Assembly (NCBI GenBank): GCA_008632985.1
Contig: QPGO01000075.1
Span: forward strand, 250,517 to 314,516
Source: Psammoneis japonica
Lineage: Eukaryota
Direction of reading: 5' to 3'
Length of the DNA: 64,000 nucleotides
The notes under the pieces are model-generated. The model had not been told where the DNA came from and did no database searches. It saw nothing but the letters and a program-made list of their open reading frames with translations. The position numbers and the translations under genes are program-made. Of the stretch, positions 24,138 to 35,690 are shown piece after piece (within the stretch, counting starts at the first letter, position 1; every line of letters begins with the position of its first letter).

Positions 24138-24945
24138 ATGGCAGAGCGTTGCTCAATCGAAAAGGCCGCTGATGGATCTGCAGGTCAGAAGAGGTGCAGG
24201 AAAAATGCCACCGCTGACCTTTCAGAACGTCTGCAGCATCAGAAAGCTGCTCTTGCAGAGGCTGAGCGGTGCGTCAAAAAGCTGCGTCATGACATTGTCA
24301 AGACAGAGGCAGAGCTGAGAAAAGCCACATTGCTCTCCCCTTCAGAAGCGCCGGCACAGCATGTGTTGGGGAGTCCGGATGTCGTGGTGAATGAGATCTT
24401 TGCGTTTCTCTCCACACCTGACCTCGGGCGTTCTGCTGCTGTCTGTCGCGAGTGGACAAGTTGTGCTCGTAAGGAGCAACTCTGGGAAACTAATGCAATG
24501 AAAAAGTGGCCGCATGCTCCGTCCTCTGCCATGTCCAACTTTTGCAGCTGTTGCCAAAGTCAGGTCACACAAAAAACTTTCGAAGGGGACCTCACTCACC
24601 CACATTGCAACAAGCAGGTGAACAGCAAGTTTGCCAACGACGAGCACTACATTCTCTACGAGCTGCCGCATGTTATGGAAGACACAGAGGATGGACAACA
24701 GAGACATGCACCTCGATGTGCAAAGTTGGATGAGTCCATTGAAGTTCTACCTGGTGATCAGCATCAGTTTGAAGAGTCGATCTGCAACTGCCTCAATCGT
24801 TGTACACACCAGTCGGCCTTTTTGCAACTGCCGCTTGAATTGATTTGCAGCTCCTTTCCAGCATGTGAACTTCTCCAGAGATTCAGGGAACTCAAGATGT
24901 CCATTCTTCGGAAGTCGGACGGCAAAATGGCACTGATCTCGCGCA
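24138..24945 (+). pseudogene. F-box protein, copy 2, TpA-hypermutated and interrupted near 24946
   Basis: Near-identical to 7430-8100 but with Y->C/H, I->V, V->A, I->T, T->A changes at TA sites. Confidence 0.8.
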
Positions 24946-25658
24946 CGTGTGCGCGGTTATTAGACTGTGTAGGCGTGTGTGCGTGTGTGAGGTGTAAGTA
25001 GAATATACGTAGAATTACTACTGATGAGTTGACAGGCGGTGGATTTTCCGCCGGTACACAATCTACGCGGTCTACATGGAACATAAATTTATGTCTGTCT
25101 CTGAGGATTTTACATATCATTAACATTTCTTTGGTCTTTAAAATATACATACCCAAATTCAAAAAAGTGAGGAACACCCCGAAACACATTTTAGAATCTG
25201 AATAAAAAAAATTTCTATTTAACGGTCCGAACAGAGTCGCCCCGAAGCGCTTCTCAAAATATCCTCATATTGTATATAGTAAAACATCTACTATTACCAA
25301 AACAGAGTCACTATCGGATAAATAGATCCCGTGTTCTTCGCGCGCAAACAACACGATAACGCACAACAACACCATGGCGAGAAACGCGAACGCCGTCCCC
25401 TCATCTACAAGTTGGGAATACGAGATACTATTGAAGTGGTTGGACAATATGTATGCGCTGTATTCATGGGTCAAGTTGGGTTTCTTCTCGTTGCTTGTTG
25501 TTGCGTCATTTTACTACGTTTTGACCCACGCCGTGTTCTTCGCTTTGTTGCTTCTGCTCGCGCGCCACCAACAGCTCTTCCTGCAGGGTATGGCTAGTTG
25601 CTCATCACATCGAACCCAAACGTGCGCGACCAACTAGCCCTACCCCGGCTAACTCATA

Positions 25659-26081
25659 ATGGACCCTGGCAGCCAACGATATGAAACGGATGTGATGGAC
25701 GACATGCATCCTGAAGATGTTATCCGTCAGGGATACTACCAATACCTGAGAGATATACCCAACTTTTTAGACAGGAGGCACGAAACATCCATTGGAGAGA
25801 AGTTGCCACTTGGATTACGAGCCAAAGCTGCTTTGCAGTTTCCCTTTGACCGCGAATTCGTGGGAGGACGTCCAGTCGGCGAGCTAGGAGTTGATAGAGC
25901 GTTTACTTGGCCTCATCGAGATGATCTCATACAGGTACGCTTCGAGTCACTGATTCTTGGTTTTGATCTGCATGCTGAAGACACGGAGGATTTTTACAGT
26001 TATAGGATGCACATGACTCCAGCCTATGATAAGACGTGTCTAAATCAATTCCTCGAAATGGCTGGTGTTGAATGGCATTGA
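25659..26081 (+). CDS. Hypothetical ORF, possibly the detached C-terminal part of the F-box gene
   Basis: 140-aa ORF with normal composition. Its tail is duplicated at 11550-11700, and the sequence just after it follows F-box copy 1 at ~8100. Confidence 0.4.
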   Translation: MDPGSQRYETDVMDDMHPEDVIRQGYYQYLRDIPNFLDRRHETSIGEKLPLGLRAKAALQFPFDREFVGGRPVGELGVDRAFTWPHRDDLIQVRFESLILGFDLHAEDTEDFYSYRMHMTPAYDKTCLNQFLEMAGVEWH

Positions 26082-26235
26082 TGGATCGTTTTTCAAACTT
26101 CACCTCGATATTTATTGCACCAAGACACTTGATTCCTCAATTCTCTATATACTGTAGGTTGCACTGAATGCAATACATGGGTGAGTTAGCAAAGCTACAG
26201 TATAATCAAATAATGATTTCCATTTCGATTCCCTA

Positions 26236-27023
26236 CTAGTCATGTATTGGTAGAGCTTTTCCGTCGCCATAACGCAATTTGAGTAGAACTTGTGCTAGCC
26301 CAAAGGACAATCCAAGCACATTTGGAAGATAAATGTTGATATCATTCATGTCAAATCCCAAGACAGACCACAAGAAACAATTCATCACAGTTGCAAGCGT
26401 GAAGGGAAGTGGAATCGACTTTGCAGATTTCGTTTCCAATACTATCCTCAATGCTGCCAAGGGGCTCGCAAAGAGGGCGATACAAAAGGCTACCCCCATT
26501 GTTCCTAGAATAGTCGATGCTTGACCAGCAGGAAACATCAAACTAATAGCAATCACCAAGCACATGATGGCAACGACTGCACGTGTGTGCTGAGCAATCG
26601 ATCCAGGAAACGTTGGAGACGACTTGGGCGCGAATCTTGCAAAGCCGAAAAAGTAATAGAGCCCAAGAATCACACCTCCCATGTTACAAGACCAAATCTT
26701 GGGTTCCTGCTTCAACACGCCTGCGACAACAACAGAAAAAGAACGAGTTGATTTCAAATTGTGATATAGAAGGCCCGATGCAAAAACTAGTCTCTCTTCC
26801 TACCATACACAGTCCAAATAAAGGCATTGGAGATCATACTCGAATATGGCAAGAGGGGCAAATCTCCAACAGATTTTTCTTTTGCTATGTTGCGAATTGT
26901 GGGAATGGGTGACATAGACACAGCGATACTCGCCCATGGTGCAAGACTTCCACATATCGTCACCCAGGTAGCGGGCGATGCTTTCATGACCGCCGCAGCT
27001 CCCGCTGCTTCGGCAGGACTCAT
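26236..27023 (-). CDS. SWEET/MtN3 sugar transporter (exons 27023-26804, 26720-26236)
   Basis: SPIPTIRNIAKEKSVGDLPLLPYSSMISNAFIWTVYG, 83-nt GT-AG intron, second MtN3 repeat FASPLAALRIVLETKSAKSIPLPF..NCFLW..DINIYLPNVLG. Confidence 0.92.
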
Positions 27024-27555
27024 GAATGTTGTTGAAAAGATTGGAGAATACGCAAGTACAAGAAATAGAGCGACAATGTTGCCTGACTTCCCATTTCCAA
27101 GCCAACCGCCTGACACGATGCGAAGACTGATGACTGAAGATCGCTGGAGCGTGTCCGTTTGTCGGAATTCTGAAAAGATCGCGGTTTTTGTGGCCGCGCC
27201 GTTCAAAATCCTTCGTCCGCTGCTTGTCGTGTTTCGGAAAACACGACCAATTTGTCGCGCTAAATTTTTCGATATTTTGGCAATCGAAGCGCCGGGTCAA
27301 CTCAAAATTCCAAAAAATAATCGACGCCTCATTCATTTCCCTGCATCGACCAAAGGCGTAAGGAATTCGTGATCCAACCAGGAATTAACAACATGATGTC
27401 GATCCTGCCTGCGACTGAATCAGTCGAGACCCTAATTCGCGACGCTTTGCTCACGAACTCACAGCGCGTCTCAAAAATAAAAAAATCAATCGCGTTACTT
27501 ATCTGCGAAAAACTAGTAGAGTTACTTTTTATCATCAAAGATTCAAGCTAGAACA

Positions 27556-29478
27556 ATGGTTTTCGGAAAATGTTTACCACCACTCATCCTGCTGTTATGG
27601 ATGAAATGCTCTGGCGCTGAAAACACAATAACTTGTACGAGCAAGATACCACGTTCGCAACAAATGCATCACGACAAGGCCGGTTTCACATCAAGAAAAG
27701 TCAATGTGGACATTACCTTTGATGATGACGACCTCGCGGTCATGCCGTCAATTACATTTCAAGGTCTCGATGGAGTTCACCCAGTGTTGTTCCGAAAGTC
27801 TTCGAATCTTAGACTGTCTACATTCCGATCGTCTACAACCTCGTGGTTTGGCGACATTGAAGGAAGCAGATCAGGATCCGCAACTATTGTCAAATCGCAA
27901 AATGGTGATTATGCAGCGTCGTTTTCTATTGATGATGTTGTGTATCAAATGAACTCGCTTCCGAACGGGACAGTCACAATGAATGTCGTAAACGCCGCAG
28001 ACTTTCCTGACGAAGAACACGAAGGGGATACGTATGAAGAGAATTCCTCGATAGGAACAGCGAAAAATGCACACCCGGAAGATGCGCACATTGGAGTCAA
28101 TGAAGTTGGCGATCGTCCCCATCAGCGACTGCTGAGTCATGAAAAGAAACTGAGAGGCAATGACAAAGCCAACAAGAAAGAGGGAGTTCAAACTACTCGC
28201 AAGCTCCTCGGGACGACCGAAGTAGACGTTCTTGTCATTTACACGCAAAATGCAATGTGCGCCGAAGCAGGTGAATCTCCTGGATGCTCTTCAAGCAACA
28301 AGGGACCGATCGAGAGTCTTATAAACCTGGCCGAGGCGGAAACCAACGGAGCGTTTCAGGCCTCTGGCATTTCAACAAGGATCAACGTCGTTGCCAAGCA
28401 CCTCGATACAAGCGGGTTCAATGAACTCAACGGAGATTTCAGATATTCTCTCGACGCTCTGAGATTTTCTGGCGGGCAGCTAAGTTACGTTGAGGATCTA
28501 CGAGATGAAGTCAATGCAGACCTTGTCGCGATGATTATAGACCAGAGCGGTTCGTGCGGTAGGGGATTGATCAATGGTCCCTACAGTGTCACTGCAAGAT
28601 CCTGTGCAACTGGGTATTACAGTTTCGGCCATGAGCTAGCGCATGGCTTTGGTTGCCACCACGATAGAAACAATTCTCAACAAACACAAGCTTTTGCACA
28701 TGGATGGCAAGATCCTCAAGGACGTTTTCGTTCCATAATGGCCTACAACTGCCCCGGCAGTTGTCCTCGAGTTCAGCGCTTTTCAGCCCCAGACGTCAGC
28801 TATAGAGGCAATCCAATTGGCGATGCCTCAAATGATTGTGCCAGGAGAATAGATGAAAGATCTCCCACGGTAGCCAGCTGGAGAACCGCAAGCAACAGCA
28901 ATAGCACCGGGACGTGTTCCGACAGCCCAAGCGGTTGGTACGATAGCGACGGCTCGCCCTTCAATTGCGCCTGGTATGCTCAAGATGACAATTGTGCAAA
29001 ACATGGCGATTCCTTTAGAAACTTCAGAAAAACAGCCAATGAAGCCTGTTGCAGCTGTGGCGGAGGTATCGGTTCTTCGTCGGGAACTGAAAGCGGCAAC
29101 AATCAAGGCACATGCTCCAATAGCCCGCAAGGTTGGCACGATAGTGACGGGGAAACGTACGATTGTGATTGGTACTCGCAAGGTATCCGATGTCAGCAGT
29201 ATGGAGATTCCTACGCGAATTTTGGAGCAACCGCAAATCAGGCATGCTGCAGTTGCGGTGGAGGTAGCTCAACTTCAACCTCCGACATTCCCATGCTTCG
29301 CACTTCATCGACGTCTACTTGTACCGACATTCCCGATTGGCATGACTCCGAGAACGAGACATTTGATTGCAGATGGTACGCCCAAGGCGACAACTGCGAA
29401 CGGTTTGGTGATGGCTTTGCCAACATGAACCATACTGCGAAAGAAGCTTGTTGCAAATGCGGCGGAGGCACCTACTGA
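27556..29478 (+). CDS. Secreted reprolysin-like (metzincin) zinc metalloprotease with three C-terminal Cys-rich repeats
   Basis: Signal peptide; VDVLVIYT; HELAHGFGCHHD zinc motif; SIMAY Met-turn; 3x C.D.P.GW.DS....C.WY.Q...C...GD.....TA..ACC.CGGG. Confidence 0.9.
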   Translation: MVFGKCLPPLILLLWMKCSGAENTITCTSKIPRSQQMHHDKAGFTSRKVNVDITFDDDDLAVMPSITFQGLDGVHPVLFRKSSNLRLSTFRSSTTSWFGDIEGSRSGSATIVKSQNGDYAASFSIDDVVYQMNSLPNGTVTMNVVNAADFPDEEHEGDTYEENSSIGTAKNAHPEDAHIGVNEVGDRPHQRLLSHEKKLRGNDKANKKEGVQTTRKLLGTTEVDVLVIYTQNAMCAEAGESPGCSSSNKGPIESLINLAEAETNGAFQASGISTRINVVAKHLDTSGFNELNGDFRYSLDALRFSGGQLSYVEDLRDEVNADLVAMIIDQSGSCGRGLINGPYSVTARSCATGYYSFGHELAHGFGCHHDRNNSQQTQAFAHGWQDPQGRFRSIMAYNCPGSCPRVQRFSAPDVSYRGNPIGDASNDCARRIDERSPTVASWRTASNSNSTGTCSDSPSGWYDSDGSPFNCAWYAQDDNCAKHGDSFRNFRKTANEACCSCGGGIGSSSGTESGNNQGTCSNSPQGWHDSDGETYDCDWYSQGIRCQQYGDSYANFGATANQACCSCGGGSSTSTSDIPMLRTSSTSTCTDIPDWHDSENETFDCRWYAQGDNCERFGDGFANMNHTAKEACCKCGGGTY

Positions 29479-29821
29479 TTTCCCTTTCAAGGGAGATGCC
29501 TCGTCGCAAATCATTTTAGAAACCAAATACACATGATAGAACATTTTGATTCACACACAAAGCTTCTTCAAGACAATCGCCTCCACTCTAGCTCTAGAGA
29601 GGCCTCTCTATTCTCTATCGGTAGTAGCAGCTACCATCCTTCTCCATGTTCCAGTGTGCGTGTGTCTGTATTGCCAAAGTCCCGTCGTTTCCGACATTCT
29701 AGTCGCGATGTTGATTCTTGACTGACCCATCAGTAAACGCCGACGCGTATGCAAGGCGCGAATGGAAACGCGGATAGATACGGTACCGTAGTAGGTGAGT
29801 CGTGAGATAAACCTTTCAACA

Positions 29822-30367
29822 ATGCCAAGGCCTCATTTTTTCATCATCGAAACTTCCATCATGCATTTCAACAAGCAGTTAGAATTGCTAGCCCTCCTTC
29901 TACGGAGGCCAACAAGCCATGACGATGCCCTTGTATGCAACAGCAAGGTCTCGAGTCTACCCAGTGGCTGCGACCGTCAAAGTCTCTCCTCGAAGATTAT
30001 GAGTGGCGACAACCTGGCAAGATTCTTTGCCGTCATGACAATTGAGAGTCTTGTTACCAGAGAACCTGCCAGTGACCTTGCAAAGCCAGAAGATCGCCCA
30101 CGGCATGAAGACTCACACGAATATCGAAGCTCAACCATGGAGTCCAATCGGTCGCAAAGTCAAGGCTGTTTTTCAGGGTACTTCAACATCAATGCCTCCT
30201 CATATCAACTTGTCGCAGAAAGAAATGAGACCTTTACCGCAAAGTATGCAGTCAGCTATAGCGATCACAATCCTCGAGAGGAGTGCAATGAAGAAGGGTG
30301 TGATGATTCACCCATGCTTGGCTCTAGAGATGCCCATCCGGGACTTATCCATGTATACTTTGAATAA
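29822..30367 (+). CDS. Hypothetical protein
   Basis: ORF of ~180 aa in normal-composition DNA; no motif recognised. Confidence 0.3.
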   Translation: MPRPHFFIIETSIMHFNKQLELLALLLRRPTSHDDALVCNSKVSSLPSGCDRQSLSSKIMSGDNLARFFAVMTIESLVTREPASDLAKPEDRPRHEDSHEYRSSTMESNRSQSQGCFSGYFNINASSYQLVAERNETFTAKYAVSYSDHNPREECNEEGCDDSPMLGSRDAHPGLIHVYFE

Positions 30368-31030
30368 CCACTTCTGCGGCCGAAGAAGCCTAACTCTAAT
30401 AGACTAGATACGCATCGCGTTCACCACTTGATCGTTGGAGATTGGGTGGATGGGGGGCGCTTCCAATCCAGCTCTTCCGTAAGTCCACCGTATTAGCATA
30501 GCGACGGGACCAGCGATACCTCTCCACTTTGACTGCGCCACGTGTTTTGCTTTTGCTTCATTCTCAAGACTGGTGATGGGATTTATGCAATGCTCATTTT
30601 TGTTGCGGCCGATGCGACAACGTTACCGGTACATGGGTCGATCTCAAATATGCGAGCTTCTTGCATCGCATCGACACGCTGTGCTCTGGAGCCATTGCTG
30701 ACGTTCTGTGTCAACCTGTCAAAGCTATTGCAACCGACTCTGCCTGCTGATCGTATCTTCCACCGTCAACTACAGTGACAACTGTACGGATATCGACATT
30801 CAGGATTCATTGTTGAACGGTTCGGCCTCATTCATCATAATGCTGGATTCCGCATCTATCATCATCGTCTTCCTTTTTTGTTTCAGCTTCTGTTGATGAT
30901 GCTGTCCGTCCGCCATCCGCAAGATGAGAAAGATCCGAGATCCTCGGTATAATTTTATGTAGGATTCTACGTAGCGTACTTCCGACGTTCGCCGCACCAC
31001 CTCATTTTCTTTCTCATCTCTCATCTCGCC

Positions 31031-32840
31031 ATGGCGCAACGCCGTTGGTTCTCTTCCTCCAGCGCCCTTGTGGCTGCTATGTTCGCTACGCTGTTCGTAT
31101 CAGCACATTCGTATCCCGAAAGCGATCGCATTGAAGCTCTTCCTGGCCATGATAAGCCTCTTCCGTCGAAATGGTACTCTGGGTATCTCGACTACAAGTT
31201 GCCAGACAATCGTGTTGTTCACACGCATTATGTTTACGTTGAAAAACCAGAGAAAAGCAAAGATGAAACTGACACTGCACGAGATGATATCGCAAGTTCG
31301 ACTCGTCGTCGAGTCAAGCAAGAGGAGTCGTCTGACAACGATACCTCGCCGCTCATTTTCTGGTCAAACGGAGGACCGGGCGCATCGTCCTTGTTTGGAT
31401 TACTGACAGAGATTGGTCCTTTTTCGTTGAACGATCTTTCACTGGAAACACATGAATGCAATCGCACGGGTATTCCCACCTTGTTTGAAAATGTTGCGGG
31501 GAGCTGGAACTCGCTGGGGTCACTCCTCATTTTTGATGCTCCAGCTCCGGTTGGCTATTCCTATTGCGACGACAAGGCCAGCGGCGATGGGCTTTCCTGT
31601 GGTGGTTGGGATGACGACTCATCCACCATCAACAATTATTATGCTCTTCTGGCTTTCTACAAAAAGTTTCCTGAGTTGAAAACAAATCCACTCTACTTGA
31701 CGGGAGAGAGTTATGCAGGAATTTATATCCCGTCCTTGGCTCGCATCATTCTAGAAAACCAGGCCAGAAACGAGGATTCCAACGAGGGCAATGAGGACGT
31801 GCCAAGTAATGAAATTAATCTCAAAGGATTCGCTGTAGGCGATGGCTGTGTTGGAACTGAAGTGAATTGCGGAGCGGAGGCGCCGCTCTTTAACCTCCTA
31901 TTCTTTGCGGGACACGGGCAGATCTCCATAAAGGAGTATGGCAAAGTCATGGAGACGTGCACCCTGGACGAACTAATGGTTCCCGGACATGCAATCTCAC
32001 CCAACTGTGCTGACATCTTGAACCAAGCCAGAAAGCAAATTGGCGGTTTCTACGAGTACTCGCTCTATGATGATTGTACCTACCGGAACGGGCTTTTACG
32101 CAAAAAGGCGTCTCGCAGCGGTTCGGCTTTGCGTAGCGGAAGCACGGGGTTGCCATCTGGTGCTCTCAACGGCTACGTATGCGGGGGTGGCATTGCTCTA
32201 GAGGAGTATGTTCGCCATGCTTCCGTCAAGCAAGCCATGCATGTCCCACCCGATAGTTACTTTTTCGACGGAGACAACGGAGTCGGATTCAACTACACTC
32301 CAACCGAACGCAATCTCATGCCATTTTATTATGATGTTGCAAAGGGCAAGTACAATTCCCATTCCGTTTACATCAAGGTCTTGGTGTATAACGGGGATGT
32401 GGATCCCTCCATTAATTCACTCGTTGCGCAGAATTGGACTAGTCATTTGGGACTTGAGGAAACAGAATCATGGAGACCCTGGACTTTGGATGCTTGCCGA
32501 CGCATGGGGGGATACGTCACGCGTTATGAAGGTGCTTTTGACTTTTTAACCATTCGTGGAGCGGGGTAAGTTGAATGTCATGAGGGATATGCAAGTCGAG
32601 ATTGTGCACTTCTCGTGCTCACATTTTCGTTTTGCCCTTGTCGGGGCTGCCGCAGACACATGGTAAGGAACACAATACAGTGTGGTGCTCCACGGTAGAA
32701 GTCAATCATTTACCTGTTTCTTCCCTTGTATGCCACAGGTCCCTACATACAAGCCAGAGTCGTCACTTGCGTTTCTCAGTGCGTGGATCAACGATGAGCC
32801 CTACCCATACTTTGATCCCACTTGCACTCAACCACGGTAG
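31031..32840 (+). CDS. Serine carboxypeptidase, family S10 (exons 31031-32565, 32656-32662, 32739-32840)
   Basis: Signal peptide; YSGYL, WSNGGPGASS, PAPVGYSY, LTGESYAG, VLVYNGDVD. Splicing restores FLTIRGAGHMVPTYKP. Confidence 0.93.
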
Positions 32841-33315
32841 TCTAGATCCACTGCAAGGGATCAATGATAAGAGGTGACAGTGTTGAATCGTTCAAACAAT
32901 TTACCCTCTAAAACTAGAGCAGAGAGCTGTAGTACTGAAGAAATCAAACAAAGCAGGTTACCATCTTTGTTTTCGAATTGTGTCGTGGCACCTTCTAATT
33001 TCAAAATTGGCTGTGCAGTTTACAATGATGTGAGTACAGTAATTATTGCAACGACAAAATCCAATCGTGATTTTCATAAGTGTGGTAGTTCAACTTACGT
33101 TAAGTTCTCATTGCCTAAACAGGTTATGTATTGCCTTGTACTATGTATCTTGTGCCGTGATGTTATTTTGCACCGCACCTTCACGCGAGGTGTCACGCGT
33201 TGTGTCACACGCGGTTCAGAGTTCAGCGATTCATTCGCCGCATTATTTACTTTAGCTACTCCTACGACTATCTTCCCGAGCCTTGCCGCATTCAAACTGC
33301 GATCGTCGTGTAGAC

Positions 33316-35171
33316 ATGATCCGAAAGCTAATCAGCAAGAGGAAAACTGCGAGGCAAGGTAAACCGGGAAACGCAGCCGGGTTCCCCAAAGAATCAGCCC
33401 TTCCAACAACTGCTGATGAAAAACGAGCTTCGAAGCGTGACTCCTTCGTGGACATTACTGAACGCAAGGACTTGAACAACATTATCGCTGCGCGTGAGCC
33501 ATTTACCAGCGACCTGGATGCATACGACTCGTACGTCGGGCGGCTGAAGCACGGGGTTAATCGTTCGTCCATGTCATCTCCATTCAACGAAGCCGTGTGG
33601 TCTCATGTTCGAGAGTGTTTGACACACGCGAATCCAGTTGGATTCCATGAACTCAAGGAGGGCAGTTGTGAAATGAAAACAAGTCAAGATGTGATGGCAG
33701 TTGTCACAAAGTGCGACAACTTCCGCCATCTAATGCCTATCTTTCCAAACCTCCTCGCCGAGAAATGTGGCGTAACCCTGCAAGACGTTCTTACCGAACT
33801 CTTCTATGCAACCTCGATTGGATTGGTGGATATGGTTTGGTCGCCCGATTGCGAACGCTGTGGTATGTACTGCTTTCAATAGCCCAATTACTGTGCTTTT
33901 ATGATCGTCCCGTTCATTTATGAAGCGTCCTTTTCATACCTTACTGTTTATTACTGTTTTTTCTCATAGGTGGCAGCGTCTGTCAAGCCAACAATGTTGG
34001 TGACCTTCCCTCTGAGGCTTACTGCAAAGGATGCGGCCTTAGAAACCGGGTTGAATACCTTGACAACGTCAAGGTGTATTTCGTTTTCAACCAAGAAGTG
34101 TTCTACCTTCCCGTCACCAACTTTGAGTGTCCCCACTCTTCCATTCGTGGACCGCATATGGTGTTCTTAGGTTGCGCTTTTCCAACTGCTACCAAATCTG
34201 GCTTCAGTTATTTGTTTGGAGCCGATACAGATCAGTCCCACCCAATGCTGAAGAAAGGTGTATACAGGGTGATTTGTTCATATTCATCGGTAGACTGCTA
34301 CCTCGACGTTGCCGCCGACGCCAGCCCGAACGACGACAAGATCAACAAAGTACTCAAAGTCTCACAGATGCAACGACTCGAAGTTGGAGCAAAGCAGAAT
34401 CGTATTGAAATTCCTCATGGAAAAGTGCGTCTGGATTTTGTATGTGACACCAGCACAACCTTCTTTCCGTTCTGCCTTACTGACGTTGACGACGAGATTG
34501 CGTACCGCCTTCCTGATGACGAACGCAAGCCCTTCACGTCGGCTTCACAATGCATCCATCACCCTTGCTTCAAGCACTTGTTCGAGCGGCAAACTGTGAG
34601 CGACGCCTCGTCCTTCACTGTCAAGCGTGTGACTCTAGTCTTTACAGACGTTGTCGGAAGCACAGCGTTGTACGAAGCTTGCGGAGATGGTCCAGCACTT
34701 GATACTGTTAAACAGCACTTCAAAGTACTGTTTACAGCATTCGCTAAATCAGGTCGCGTGGTAAAGACAGTTGGTGATTGTGTCATGGCGGCATTCACGA
34801 ACGGTGAAGCCGCGATCCGCGCTGTGGCGAAGGGCCTGAAAGACATGGAGACACGCTGTTTGCTTCCAAACGGTGAGCCCTTGTCTATTCGCATTGGGAT
34901 GCATGCTGGACCCACCTTGATGGTTGCATTGAATGGAATTAATGATTACTTTGGCTCTACGGTGAATGTCGCTGCTCGTGTGGAAAGTAAAGCCGGAGCC
35001 AAGGAATGCCTGGTCACTGACGATGTGTTTTCGGAACCTGGCGCAAAGGATGCCTTTGACGAATTAACATCCAAGGAATTCACGCACTCACGTGACGTAG
35101 CACTTGAATTGAAAGGGGTTGATCACATTGTGCATGCAAAAGGCTTCAAGGTGACATCCATGGACAAATGA
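33316..35171 (+). CDS. Class III nucleotidyl (probably adenylate) cyclase with DUF5939-like N-terminal region (exons 33316-33862, 33970-35171)
   Basis: Spliced W..DCERCGG..L..AYCKGC..DNVKVYF; catalytic VFTDVVGST, VKTVGDCVMA, RIGMHAG, DYFGSTVNVAARVES (Lys/Asp pair suggests ATP specificity). Confidence 0.88.
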
Positions 35172-35199
35172 ATCGGGCTTTGTTCAATCACAGTCACCG

Positions 35200-35690
35200 T
35201 TTCTCTCTCTCTCTCTCTAGACAGAGCACCTGCCGAATTAGCTGGCTAGAGAGCAGTGATGTATGTGGGTTTATATAGGGAATTACAGCACCATCAAAGA
35301 AGTGTACCGGCAGCTCAAGACACTGCACAGTTTTCGTAGATGTTGCGTTTTCCTCCGACGGACGACGGGAGCTAGTCCTAACTCTCTCTCTACCAGAGAG
35401 TAGAGAGTAGGTCTAGGGCCCTGACTAGCTAGCTAGAGAAAAGTACTACTCTCTCTACAGTACTACTACTAGTGGTAGCTACCGGTAGAGAGAGTAGAGT
35501 GTAGCCCTAGACTCTCTAATCTACTACCAGTTGAGAGTACCGGCGTAGAGTTGAGAGCACCGGTAGAGGGTAGAGTAGAGTAGTAGAATAGAGTTTAGGG
35601 CTTTGAGTCTATCCAACGCGCGTTGCCCGTGATGCATGCTTTCTTCACCTCGCTTTCGCGCGCATCCAAGGGATTATAGGGCCTACACTC
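35200..35690. repeat. CTAG/TAGAG/TACT-rich low-complexity tract
   Basis: ctagctagctag, tactactact, gtagagtagagtagtagaatagag and (ct)n runs. Confidence 0.75.

Larger units (their letters stand above)
12000..24640. other. TpA- and CpG-depleted hypermutated domain II (decayed TE-like and gene-derived sequence)
   Basis: About 30 TA dinucleotides counted by eye in 12700-24000. ORFs are Tyr-free and end almost only in TGA. Both borders are gradients. Confidence 0.92.

Noticed and set aside
26827..27551. ORFs antisense to or upstream of SWEET
   Set aside because: Shadow frames over the SWEET exon and the AT-rich divergent promoter; no motifs.
28900..29478. Three ~190-bp repeats as a CRISPR-like or non-coding array
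   Set aside because: They are in-frame Cys-rich protein domains of the protease.
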